Source: Oopsacas minuta
Taxonomy: Eukaryota > Animalia > Porifera
NCBI GenBank assembly: GCA_024704765.1
Contig: JAKMXF010000325.1
Coordinates: forward strand, 97,290 to 161,289
Length of the DNA: 64,000 bases
Reading direction: 5' to 3'
Of the stretch, positions 25,060 through 36,954 are shown piece by piece; positions within the stretch are counted from its first letter, which is position 1, and each line of letters starts with the position of its first letter. Position numbers and translations under genes: made by a program. The notes under the pieces are model-generated. The model was not told where the DNA came from, did no database searches, and saw only the letters and a program-made list of their open reading frames with translations.

Positions 25060-25726
25060 TAGACGTAATATTTTTAAATGTTAAAAGATCAATAATATAC
25101 ACTTCATTATATAGTAAGCACTTAATACAAGCTTTATATGTTTTATCATATTTTGCCTGATTTCTTCTATATCATCTCTTCTATTTGTATGCTATCATTT
25201 TTCTCACCCCCAAATAACTAGTATTTGCAATGGTGACATAATTAGAAATCGTAATATATCCCCCCTGCCCCCGCAGTATCGACGCCTATGCTGTTAGGCC
25301 TTATGTATAGTAAGTCATGGCCTTAGGAGACGGTCCAGTTGGTCAGGTTTCAACCGGACTAACTTTTGGTCTGCTAATACAAATGGCATAAGTCAATCGC
25401 GCGACAACCGGATCAACTTTTTGGTGGCCCCATAAATAATTTGTATATGTCAACCAGAGCAAACTGCTTGCTACGGCTGTGTGTGCTATGGCAATTCATT
25501 AATTAATATTATAATCGATTATCTAGCAAAGTCCTAATGTCACAAAAAGTACTCATATCATTATCTAAGTTATGGATAATTAGTGCAAGGAGTTGGGGTT
25601 TAATTTCTTAGTATTATGTCTATACATTTGCATGATTTACCTATGAATTACAATAATTACCAAGAAATCAAACAAGCAATCTAATATTTATATCTGGAAT
25701 TGAATACAAAGTTATTACCAGTTCTA

Positions 25727-27676
25727 ATGAATTCTCAATCAATCAAAAATAAACTCAATACATTGCAAGGCATATACGCCAGATTTGAAGGAAGCTCTTT
25801 TGGTAGAATCTTGATTAGATTATTAAGCCTGTGGTACACTAGATGTCTCATTGCTATTGTTTGGCTATTATTGATATTTGCAGTATCTATCCCCATCTCT
25901 AAGACCTTACCTCAATCTCTAAACTCAACTAACAAGTCAAATCAGTCACTCGCTTGTAAGAATGGTAGAATACATCTTCCAGAATATTCTGACACTAAAG
26001 ACGATACCTACCTGTATATTTCTCAAAACGACAACAACTCAATTTCAGTAAACATTCTGACAAATTCAACAAACTATACTTATACGTATAACATCTGTAA
26101 AGTTGACTCAGAATACTCTAATACAATAGAGATTAACGTATTTAAAGATATTAGCGATAACTATCTCTCTCTGGTTACCTTAGCTCTGTTAGTAGCATTC
26201 TCAGCAGTGTTAGGCTATGTCAGCAGCTTACTCTTCTTACCTCCCTTGTTTGGTATGGTAATAGCAGGTATTATTTTCACACACATTCCACAAGGTAACT
26301 TCCCTGCCACGATACCTAGATCGGTGATACACACATGTAGGACTATAGCAATTGTTATTCTGTTGGGAGGGTTTTCGCTCAGATTGTCAATTAAAATATT
26401 AAAACTACGTTTTTTCCAAGTGATTGGATTAGCATTTATACCCTCATCCGTGGAGACAGCGCTGGTATCAATACTGACGAGACTCATACTACAGGTGGAT
26501 TGGCAGTGGGCCTGTATGTCAGGTGTAATTGTTGCTGTAGTTTCCCCAACAATTGTAGTCCCTCTCCTGCTCAGACTTAAGAAACAGGGATATGGAAAAG
26601 TGAATGGAATATCAGACATTCTTATTTCAGCAAGCTACTACCAAATTATATTCACTGTTTCAATTCTATGTACATTTCGGACATTTGCCATATCAACCTC
26701 AGATTTAGTATTAACCATATTCCGTGTACCGGTTGAACTTGTAATAGGGTTACTCTATGGAATAATATTCGGGTTATTAGGCGGGTTGGTAGGATGGGGA
26801 AGAAAAAAACATTCTAGAACAAGAAACAGATCAATCTATTTCATTGGTGTTACTTCTCTCTCTTTATTCGGGTCTTCAAAGGTATTTGTATTAGGCAGTG
26901 ACATGCTGGGAGCAGGTATCACTGGATTTGTTATAACCAGTATAGTGTGTTCTCTGGTATGGGGAAGCGAGAAGAAATATTTGGCAGAAATCCACAAATA
27001 TATAGGTTACATTATTGAGCCGTTATTATTCGGTCTGATTGGTTATGAACTGAACCTTACTATCAATCCTATCTCTGCTGTTACTCTCATAGAAATAATC
27101 GGTATCATATTGTTAGGGCTAGCATCACGTTCTGTGGTAGCTTTTCTGATTTCGTTCTGTTTCCCAAAGCTGAAACTGAAGGAGAGGTTCTTCGTTCCCA
27201 TGGTGTGGGTCTCTAAAGCTACTCTGCAAGCTATCGCTGGTTCGATTGCACTAGACTCGGCAAATACACCTGAATTAATAGAGTATGGCAGGATAGTACT
27301 ATACTTTGCGATATTCTCAATCCTACTGACTTCTCCACTAGGATTTATACTTACTTCATTCTTTGGTACCCGGCTACTATCTCAAGAACTCCACACTCCT
27401 CTACATGAAGAGGATGATATAACCAGTGCGATTAGTCTCTCAAAATTCGAAGGAATGTCTGAGGAATCTGAACACACAAGAAACACTATTCCTACGAACT
27501 GCATTGTCTCTAATCATTATGCAGATTTACATAGAAGAAAATCCCTCCAGGATATGGATATCTCATCTATGAAGCACACGGAAAATAATATTGAAGCAAC
27601 CTCTATTCATAGTCAATTGTCAAACCTACCATTAACAACTAGTTACTCAGCCCCAGACCTTACTAAAGATAAATAG
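25727..27676 (+). CDS. SLC9B/NHA-type (CPA2) cation/proton antiporter homologue, single exon, atypical
   Basis: Multiple hydrophobic helices with NHA motifs PPLFGM.IAG, VSPTIVVP.L..L...GYG...GI, EP.LFGLIG.E, LKERFF....W.SKATLQA; first ATG at 25727 (ORF track starts at TTG 25700). Confidence 0.85.
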   Translation: MNSQSIKNKLNTLQGIYARFEGSSFGRILIRLLSLWYTRCLIAIVWLLLIFAVSIPISKTLPQSLNSTNKSNQSLACKNGRIHLPEYSDTKDDTYLYISQNDNNSISVNILTNSTNYTYTYNICKVDSEYSNTIEINVFKDISDNYLSLVTLALLVAFSAVLGYVSSLLFLPPLFGMVIAGIIFTHIPQGNFPATIPRSVIHTCRTIAIVILLGGFSLRLSIKILKLRFFQVIGLAFIPSSVETALVSILTRLILQVDWQWACMSGVIVAVVSPTIVVPLLLRLKKQGYGKVNGISDILISASYYQIIFTVSILCTFRTFAISTSDLVLTIFRVPVELVIGLLYGIIFGLLGGLVGWGRKKHSRTRNRSIYFIGVTSLSLFGSSKVFVLGSDMLGAGITGFVITSIVCSLVWGSEKKYLAEIHKYIGYIIEPLLFGLIGYELNLTINPISAVTLIEIIGIILLGLASRSVVAFLISFCFPKLKLKERFFVPMVWVSKATLQAIAGSIALDSANTPELIEYGRIVLYFAIFSILLTSPLGFILTSFFGTRLLSQELHTPLHEEDDITSAISLSKFEGMSEESEHTRNTIPTNCIVSNHYADLHRRKSLQDMDISSMKHTENNIEATSIHSQLSNLPLTTSYSAPDLTKDK

Positions 27677-28115
27677 TAATACATTTAAACGGTAATTAAC
27701 GCACAGCTATCATAACTTATGTTTCTAAATTGGACGTGACGTAAGACATTCACGTAATGATAGTGACAGTATAATATGTGACCCTTGTTATTAATATATT
27801 TGTATTGTTGTTATTTGATCTTTTGATTATGTAGCTATTGTGTTTATCAAGTAAATTGATTTTTATAAACTTGACTAGTTATATCGAATGGGAAAATTCG
27901 AAAAATTCCAAATATACTCAAGTTTTTACAAAATAATTCAAAATCTACTCGAGTTTAGAGGCTATTTTGTGGTAGGATTTTTTCGAAATTGAAGAACAAG
28001 CGGTTAATGTTCTATTTGTGCATTTTACTACACTAATACGATAGTTGGAAGTTTGGCTTGCATTATTGTCTATCTTGGTCTTGAAGGTTGTCCGGACTTC
28101 TTTCCCACCTTGTGT

Positions 28116-31100
28116 TAGGCACGTAGCTAGAGCAAGACATTCAGGGGGGCAAGAAGTATTTCGGGAGGGCAATTGCAGGGATAAATATTTTTGAAAAGTT
28201 AATTACTTGTGTATAACAAGTACGACCCAGTCTCCTTTTCTTACATGTATAACCTTTTTAATTCATAAAGTACCAGATTACTAGGCTAGGGAGCATTAGA
28301 TTAGTCTACATTATAGTAAGAGCATTTATTAAGATACTAAACTCAATTCAGGGATACTATTTGACATTACAAAAGAAAGCGGCGGTGCTTCATCTGCTTA
28401 AAATGTTCGATCACATCATTATAACAAAGTGTTTCTGCAATATCTTTTTCAATAGATAACAGGGCAAGATGGTTGAGACGCTCAGTGGTCATTTGTGAGC
28501 GCAAACGTGTTTTTATTCTCTTAACAGATGAGAACATTCTCTCAACCTTGCAAGACGTCTGAGGGATAGTCACAAGAATTTGGTATAAGTTGAAAACATC
28601 AGGGAAAATATCTGTCAATCACATCCAGTACATCGATCAAAGTATTTAGCTGAGATTCATCTTTCCGAGCAATAAACGAACGGAAAACTTCTATTTCACA
28701 ATCTTTGATATCTATTGCATACAGTTCAGATAGTGTATTCAATTCCTGTTTGTTAAGAAAGTTTTGAGACCTTGGTAAGCAGCAATCAGCAGCCTTCATG
28801 ATGCCTGATTGATCTGTACCAAAACGGGCATCCAATTCTGCTAAGATCTCGCGGACATTTTGGCGTAACAATATTTCAAGCTCTTCAAAGTTGGATGCGT
28901 TTGTGTGTCCAACAGAGCTATTTAGATATCCTTCTCTAAACCTTTCTGGAAGACGCCGTTGCCTGATTGTGTCTCTTACATCAAAATTTTCGATTTCATA
29001 TTTACCAGACAAATCTTTGGCATATTCGACAACCTTGTCAAAATCGAAATTGACCAACCTTTCCCTCAGATCGGCAAGTAATATCAAACAAGAAGAAACA
29101 GTTGCTGTCGACTTCTGAAAAGCTTTAGTGCAAAAATCAGAGTAATCATACAGCCTACCAAAGTAAACTAAGATGGTCATAAATTTCTTTGTTTGTAGAC
29201 TACCTAGTAAAGATTTAGCTGCTAAACTTGTGTCTGCATCATTATCATTTCCAAATATGCTTAAAGTATCAAGTATGCAATCAAACCGACGCAGAAACCT
29301 TTCCACCTCCAAAGAACGGGAAGACCAACGAGTACTACATGAACGTGCAAGTTCAAGAGCTTGGACCTTGGGATAGCGCTCATCCTGGACGTCTATGAAA
29401 ACTGCATGTCGCTTTGTTCCATTCATGAACGAATACGTCAAATCCAATATATCAAAGAAAGATTTCATCAGAGGATGTCGTTCAGCAGTTGCAGCTAATA
29501 CTAAGTTAAGCCTATGTGAAGCACAATGAACATATGTGGCATTGCGATAACCTGCTCCTTTCATGCGGGCTTGGACACCACCGTGTATTCCTGACATAAC
29601 ACTAGCCCCATCGTAACCCTGCCCTGCACATTTTAGAGGATCGACTTCAAAAGGCTTAAGTAGCTCTATCAGTTTTTCAGAGATGGTGCCCGCATCCATG
29701 TCCTTCAATTCAATAAAGCCAATGGCTCTTTCTCGGACATTACCTTTATGGATATATCGCAAAGAAGCAACTAACAACTCCTTCTTAGAGGCATCTTTTA
29801 CTTCGTCAGCTAGAATAGCATAACAAGACGCGATTTCTACTTCACTTACATAGTCTAGAAGCACTGAAGCGAGTGATGTAAACAAATCATTTTGAATATC
29901 TGGACTTAGCATTTTTGCATTTCCTGGAAGACTTTCTATCCTCTTGGTCACATTGCTATCATATTTTCCTAAAAGTTCTAATATTTCAAGAAAGTTCCCT
30001 TTATTAAGCGACTGATCTGATTCATCATCTCCTCGAAGAGGAATATCTTGTTTGGCACAAAAAGTAATAATGTCAAGAACAGTCATTAAATGTTTCCGAT
30101 TGTCATCTATGAATTTCTCATTTCGAAAATTGGGATCCAGTTGCTTATCTACCGTCCCTATTATTTGATGAATTGCCCAGACTTTCTGTGTTTCAACAGC
30201 TGCCATATGACACACAGAACTATCGTGCTTCCTGCACTTGTCGCCAAGTTTCCTCCAGTCACAAAGTCCTTTTGTTGAAAACGTTGCTTCAGCTGTTGAT
30301 CCTCCAAAAAGCCGACACGGTTGGCAAAATATAGCATCGAGTTCTTTGCTATACTCTATCCAGGAGAATTGGGCATACCAATGAGTACTAAAATGTCTAC
30401 CGGCCTCATTTTTTGGGAAGATAATAGAAGGCTGCCTCGGTTTCTCACCATTTTTGGACAAATCATTTACAGTCACAATTGGTGATTGTATATGAGTCGT
30501 ATTTGAATTCGGAGTTGAAATAGTTGTACAAGAATCGGAAGTTAAAGGGGTCGCAACTTGAAGACTCGTAACCACAGGCTCTACCTCGTCATAATTTGAA
30601 GAGACGACATGATCTTCGATTTCTGTTCGATTTCTTTTAAAATATGCCTGAACTTTGCTTTGTTGTAGTCTTTTAGTCATCTAGAATTGTTTGAGATACG
30701 AGTCACTGAACTGATTGAAGAACAGAAAATGTGAAAGATTTGAGATATAGAATGACTTTATAACTTATAGAGAATATCTGAAATTGGCTTCACTCATGTG
30801 TAAATTTCAAAACAAGCTTTGAAAACTGAAACCCTAAGAGCATCACCAATGCTTCAATTACTTCAATGGACAGTCTAACTTCTGACAACAATTACTAGCG
30901 GTCGTGGTAATTCAATTAAAATTATAGTAGAAATTCAGTGCCTGTCAAAATAGAACAAGTTTACATCAATGAGCGTTACTTCCTGTCTAGTATTAAAACC
31001 ATCATCGCAACGCGAGTTATTAATTTCATAGTTTTGACGATGCAGTTGAAGTACATAGGCTATTAACTACAGTGGAGTTCGCTTATTAGCAACTCGGATT

Positions 31101-31288
31101 TTGAAGAAATTTGGTTGCTAATAGGGCAACGAAATTAACATTATAATCCCGTTTGCGACCCAAAAGCTGGTTGCTAATAGAGCAATAATTACTAATAAGC
31201 TAACTACATTGTATATAAAAACGAAAACTTCCAAATTTATCTGGGGGGGCGACTGCCCCCCCCTTGCCCCCCCGTAGCCACGTGCCTG
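28116..31288 (-). mobile_element. Full-length hAT transposon (3173 bp)
   Basis: TIRs taggcacgtagcta / tagccacgtgcctg; perfect 8-bp TSD CCTTGTGT (28108-28115, 31289-31296); GC-rich subterminal G/C runs. Confidence 0.93.
28367..30680 (-). pseudogene. hAT transposase of the ZMYM1/THAP12-like type (TTF zinc finger, DUF4371, hATC), one frameshift
   Basis: FSTHWYAQFSWIEYS...IFCQPC zinc finger; LRGDDES..GNFLE; ADEVKD; GQGYDGAS; YVHCASHRLNL; STRWSSR; C-terminal KVERMFSSVKRIKTRLRSQM in a second frame; junction gacagatattttccct at ~28605-28620 needs 2 more nt. Confidence 0.9.
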
Positions 31289-33324
31289 CCTTGTGTTAGT
31301 TGCGAGGAGTATATTGAAGTGGTTTATTGCCTGTAATGGAAGGATATTTATCAAATTAGTTTATAAAAACGCGTCATTGTTGTTTTTGTGCATTCTATTG
31401 TACTATAACGATAGTTGTTTGGAATTGGGGCTTATAGTCTTGTCTATCTTGGCATGAAATGTCGCGTTGTCTTGGCACCCAGTGGTTCTTCCCAGCTGTA
31501 ATTTCAATCGTTATTGGCTGTGGACCTGTGGTGCAAGAATATTTATCGAATTATTTAGCTAATAGGTTTTATTTATTGTATTTGTGTATTTTATACTCAC
31601 TATTATATTTTCAAAACCTGAGTACAGTTGGAATTATTCAACAATCTTGAGTATCTTTAGAATAATTCATATGAAATGGGTATTTTGGAAAAACTTAGTA
31701 TAATTGAAATTTTTCAAAACCGTGTGTATTTTTGGAATTTTTTTTATTGTTCTTAAATTTTCGAATATTTATCCTAGGTTAAGTCAGACCCGTAAAACTA
31801 AAAAATTTCAACAGAATTTATCCATTTTGATTGACATTCGTGCCAGAGAAATTTGATCATTAATGAGGTCATTATCTATTTATTTAGCTAGGTGTGGCTA
31901 GAAAATATATGATGGGAAAAATATTGATATATTAGCCCGAAATATGTCAACTAAATGTTCAAATAGGATTATCAAGTATAAAATCGAATACATACGCGAA
32001 TACACGCCCTATGGCCTGTATCAAATAGGAAATTTAGTAGTTCTCAATTATTATTTAAAACTGGCTAGTGTACTTAACAATCATAGGCGGAAAATTAGCC
32101 AAATTAGGAGGGGTGTCCCCACTTTTCGATCTATTTCCAGCTCCCGGAACGTAGAACATAGATATCTTTAACGAAAATTGAGAGTGATATTATAATATCA
32201 TGTTATCCTTCTTTTACACAGTTATGTTATATTCCTTCTTAGTAATTAGCATACACGTTGTGTTTATAAGAAACTCAGATTAACTTTTAAGTTCCTTAAT
32301 TGTTTTCTCAAATTCACCCTAAAAGTTCAGTTATTATCTTGTGCTGAAAATATCCGTTTATACAACAGTACTGAATACCATTTTTTATGTCAACTGGAAT
32401 TTTCTTATTGAATATTAATATGTTATACATATGTGCCAACCTTTTTTAATCCAATCTCTGGACGGAGCTCAAATTTCCCCTGGACTTTGGGTATAATCCC
32501 TTGGTATCAGAATGTTTTCTCGCTCCTTACGCTCTCTTATCCAAGAATTCAATTCCTGCCAACATATGCTTATCTCCCTGGACACATATTTAGTGTATTA
32601 AATTTAAACTAAGAAATTCTTTGTCCAAGGACCCTGAAAGACGTGTAATTGATACTTTAATGATTAATTGTTGTTTTATGATTCTGAAACACAATAGCCC
32701 TGCTCCATGTAAATTCCTTAGACAATTTTGGTCAATTCCTGGACGACTGGGCACAATTGGTGAATTTCCTGTACAGTTGGGAGGTTTGCGTATCTATTAT
32801 ACAAATTGAATAATTGACCATTGCCCCCCTACTTTCTGGGCTAATGCAATTATTCTACGCATATGTTAACAATACACAAAGTCAATACCTACATTACCGG
32901 ATCGAAATGACGCCATCTGAATGCTTAGCACGAAGCAAATTTGTTGACAAAACTGATTAACTATAAGTCAATGCCTTACAGCTACACATTTAAAGATTTT
33001 GTGCTAAGCATGCGTTCATTCGAATTATAAATAATTTTTCATGATAAAGTCGATACGTTCTAGACTCTAGAGTTATTATTCTGGCCATAGATGAATAGCA
33101 TTTTGGTCAATGTTTGCCTATAACCATTGGTAGGGATGGATCCACAACAAAATACCTGGAGGTGCAATGGCTAGCGGGGAGCCATGCAAGCCGTAGTGGG
33201 CCTGTCACGAAAATTTTGGTCCCCCAGGTTTTGTGTTTATCTATTAATAAATAAATGATTGATGCAAGATCAACTGTTGAATAGTCAAGATCTGAAACAA
33301 GAGGTGTATCAGTACCAAAATACG

Positions 33325-33509
33325 AAATTACAACCTGTGTCGACAGCTTAGTCTATTAAATTCAATTTGTTTTAAAAGTGGCACTATTAATTGGAGACAC
33401 TATGAAAGGTTAGGTTTAATCCCAATGCACACAATGTCTCCAATAAATAGTGCCACTTTTAAAACAAATTGAATTTAATAGACTAAGCTGTCGACACAGA
33501 TTGTAATTT
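33325..33509. repeat. Near-perfect hairpin: 75-bp arms (2 mismatches) with a 35-bp loop
   Basis: 33325-33399 is the reverse complement of 33435-33509. Confidence 0.9.
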
Positions 33510-33879
33510 TGTAATTTTTCCGAGCGGAGCGAGGATTTCAAATCCACCAAACAATATATTTACAAATTACTATGATGATCCAGCCAATATCATGTTCAAT
33601 TTGTCTGCAGTAATTATCAATTGACTAAATAATATTAATAGAAGGGAATACTGGAGAAGATTTCATCGGTACAAATTCAAGAGCGTCAAATTCGTATTCA
33701 GCGTATTGAATTACCCCCTTTTGCTGTTTAGAACAATGTTTTACGATTATTCAAAGGTTATATAATCGGGGAAATACATGGCTTTTAAATTATCCATGGT
33801 TAATTTGAAAAATATATTAGCCACACCGCAGTTAACGATAAATACATCACTGGTAAGTGTTATAAGAAGCTTAGTATTA

Positions 33880-34098
33880 ACTTAAACAATACTTGCAGAA
33901 ATACCTATCTCCTTGTAAAAACAGCCAGGGGTATTGCAACAGTAATGAAGTCCTTAAAACTTTACTCGGAGGAAGTTCAACATAGTGACTTGCGGCTCTA
34001 GGATCGTGATCCTCATCTTCATCTACGATTGATTCAGATTCGCCGACAACAATAGCTTTGGGATTGAGAAATGATTTGAGTGGCTCTTCACACTGGCT
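33880..34098 (-). pseudogene. Transposase-associated (TTF-type/ZNF862-like) zinc-finger remnant
   Basis: Open minus frame ending ...SLLLQYPWLFLQGDRYFCKYCLS*, resembling the W..YPWL....D..FC..C motif of hAT N-termini. Confidence 0.4.
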
Positions 34099-34367
34099 CT
34101 ATCAACAATACTTACACAAAAATTAGATAATGCAGAAATATATTACTTGCTAATAAAATGTTGACTATAATGTTGTACTCTAATTTCTAAACTAAAACAT
34201 ACGTATAGTTAAATAATCCAAAAATTTCCATCAAGAAGCGCCTTCGCGTTACCCCTCCTTCCCCCAGAATTTAAAGTTATGGAACGGCGTTACCTCAGAT
34301 ACACCACTGCTTGTACCGTTGGAGCATGGGCCTAGTACATCTTAATAACTCCAAATTTAAGTATTGA

Positions 34368-35975
34368 TGAGCCTTTGGCTCGTCGCATTGCGCCTCGAGG
34401 TATTCAACGAACAAGCAAACAAGCAAACAACTATTGAGATTTAATAATATTGATGTTGTTTACAATATTCAGACTCAGTATACTCGAGTATGCCAGTATA
34501 CAGGGTGTTAAGAAATTGATGCCCTAATTATATTTGAGTAACAGTTTGAAATCAGCGGTATAGAAAGTGGTGATCACTTTCCAATATAACCGCCTTTACG
34601 TTTTATACATAATTTAACTCTATTACACATCCCAGATACTAAATTCTCCAAAATTTCTGGAGATATCCTCGACCAAGCCAGCTTTACATGATTTTCCAGC
34701 ATCAAAACGTTGGTTGGAGTAGGCATCATTTGAATATCATGTTTGACTATTGACCACAAATTTTCAATGGGATTGAGGTCCGGAGAGTTACCTGGCCAAG
34801 TTTCCTTTGTCCAAAATTCGACTAAATTGTTATCACACCATTCTTGCGTTTTTTTGGCAGTGTGAGCCGGAGCACCATCCTGTTGAAAGATGGCTCGTGA
34901 CATGTCTGGCAACATCTTGCGACGTAAAATACTCGCTTCTTCTGGTTGGCGCTGCATAGTAGACATCAATGACTTATTCAATATCTCTCTTACATAATAA
35001 TCCGCGTTAACAGTTTGACCTTTGGGGATGATATGGAGTTCTGACACTGCACGATATGACATCATACCCCAAACGAGGATTTTTGAGGGGAATTTCACGG
35101 TTTCAGTTGGTAAAACTTGAGACTGTTTGTAAGCCCAGACACGATCATTCTGATGGTTTAAGTGAGGATATAATTCGAAGGGAGACTCATCTGAGAACAA
35201 TACCCGGCGCCACTCTTCTTTTTCCAGGATTTCCGATCTTTACAAAATTGAAGGCGAGCCATCCGCTGTTTTTCGGTGATTTTTGGCTGTTTTTGAGGTT
35301 TAAAGGGCTTGACAGAGAGTGTACTTCTTAAATATGTATGTACTGTTACATGAGACACTGGGCATCCCTTGGAGTGTAAGCGCTTAGCCAATCTCCGCGT
35401 TGATTGGTGTCTTTTGCAAATCGATTTTGCAATGACGATTTTAGCAATTTTTGTGATTGTGGATTTGCGTCCACGTCCAGGCTTGTTTTCGAGGGAGCGA
35501 CCTGACTTATTGCGGCTCAACCAACGTCGAATTGTTCGAATATTTACTCCTAAGCTCTGTGAAACCCGTATCTGAGTCATTCCACCCAATACCATTCCTA
35601 CTGCCCTGCTTCTTGTGGCGGAAGTAGCTTCTTTGACCATTATTATACGCTATAATTTGTACAATCGGGTTTGATAATATACAAAATAGAAATTGGCATT
35701 CTGACTGAGAATGATATACTAAAATTGTCTAAAACTGGTTGTTAAAATGAAATAAGAGTGGGTGTATTTCATAAGATTGAACACTGAAACTATGGTTACA
35801 TTATTGTGGATTAAGTGATTAGGGCATCAATTTCTTAACACCCTGTAGTCGTTGAAAGCATGTTTCTACAACAATTTTGAAATTTGTTTACTTTATGTAC
35901 CTAAAAGTAAACAAATATTCACAATATTTTGTTTACAATACCATATTCGGACTCAACATACTCAATTACCCCAGG
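34368..35975 (-). mobile_element. Helitron family B copy split by the Tc1-like insertion (34368-34500 and 35846-35975)
   Basis: Both flanks join to give ...gagtatgccagTAtagtcgttgaaagc..., as in the uninterrupted copies at 10970-10990 and 49735-49760. Confidence 0.85.
34501..35845 (-). mobile_element. IS630-Tc1-mariner element, DD37E (TRT/ITmD37E-like), complete with one frameshift
   Basis: 28-bp identical TIRs cagggtgttaagaaattgatgccctaat, TA TSD; transposase 35640-34574; FSDES...QQD-37aa-E (SPDLNPIE); a single 1-nt loss in an A-run at ~35220 separates the two ORFs. Confidence 0.92.
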
Positions 35976-36089
35976 CTATGTATGCAATCTATATCATCAA
36001 ATCTCAATTTGTGTATATAGACAACATAGGTTCAGTTCATAAAGTCCGCAACCAAATATTACACAACATAACAACAACAAAAACAACTT

Positions 36090-36426
36090 TGTACTGGGAT
36101 TATCGAATATGCTGATTCCAAATATGACATTGTAAACAACATATTGTGAATATTTAACTTTTTAGGTACATAAACTAAAAAATTCATAATTGTGGTAGAG
36201 TCATGGTTTCAAAAGCTCTACAGGGGGAATCGAGTATGTTAAGTTCAGAAATGATATGTAAACAACCTTTCATAAATATTTGTTCACTTTTGGGAACATA
36301 AAGTAAGCAGAATTAGATTTATAGATTATGGCAGTATATCATGCTTACTACGGTTAAGATTATGAAATTATGTACTCGAGGGCAGTAGGCCCGAGTGCGG
36401 ACACGAGGTGTTTGCAACCGCGCTAG
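36090..36426 (+). mobile_element. Helitron family B 3' part
   Basis: Family B sub-repeats (gattatcgaatatgctga..attgtaaacaacatattgtgaatattt) followed by ggcccgagtgcgg...gtttgcaaccgcgCTAG|t. Confidence 0.6.
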
Positions 36427-36954
36427 TATGTTATGAATATATATACTTCAAAAAGACAATGACAAGGCATACTAAACATAATGCCAATTGGATGAGATTT
36501 CTACTAACATGAGATACGTACTATGATGGAAGAAACAGTAGTACCCCAGGGCTGATTTTTGGCATAAGGGGTATTTTGGGCTTGGCTCGGACATGTTCGA
36601 GCCTTGGACGAAATTCACACCTATGACGAAATTATGACGCAATTGTCACCTTTTGGGATTTTCGAAAAATCACATTATTAGCCACTGCTCAGCCAAATGA
36701 TGGATGGTTGAAAATTGAATCACAGGTACCCCACAAAATACCAAATGCAAACTCATCATGGAATGATTACGTCATCATGACTGTACAAAAATAGTTTTAG
36801 AATTTCTTAATACACGAGCGAGACTACTAACCAAAGCCACGTAAGAGATCCAGTGTTACCAATGTGTATTAAGAAATATAGCTGTTTATTGAATACTTCA
36901 GCTTTATTTGATGGATCCAGCTGTCGCAGACCTAGCAAGCAAAGTGCGCTAGTT

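Noticed and set aside
33905-34098. Apparent clean internal exon (AG...GT) on the minus strand
   Set aside because: Reading through the donor gives YPWLF...RYFCKYC, a transposase-type zinc finger, and no consistent neighbouring exons were found; treated as a TE remnant.
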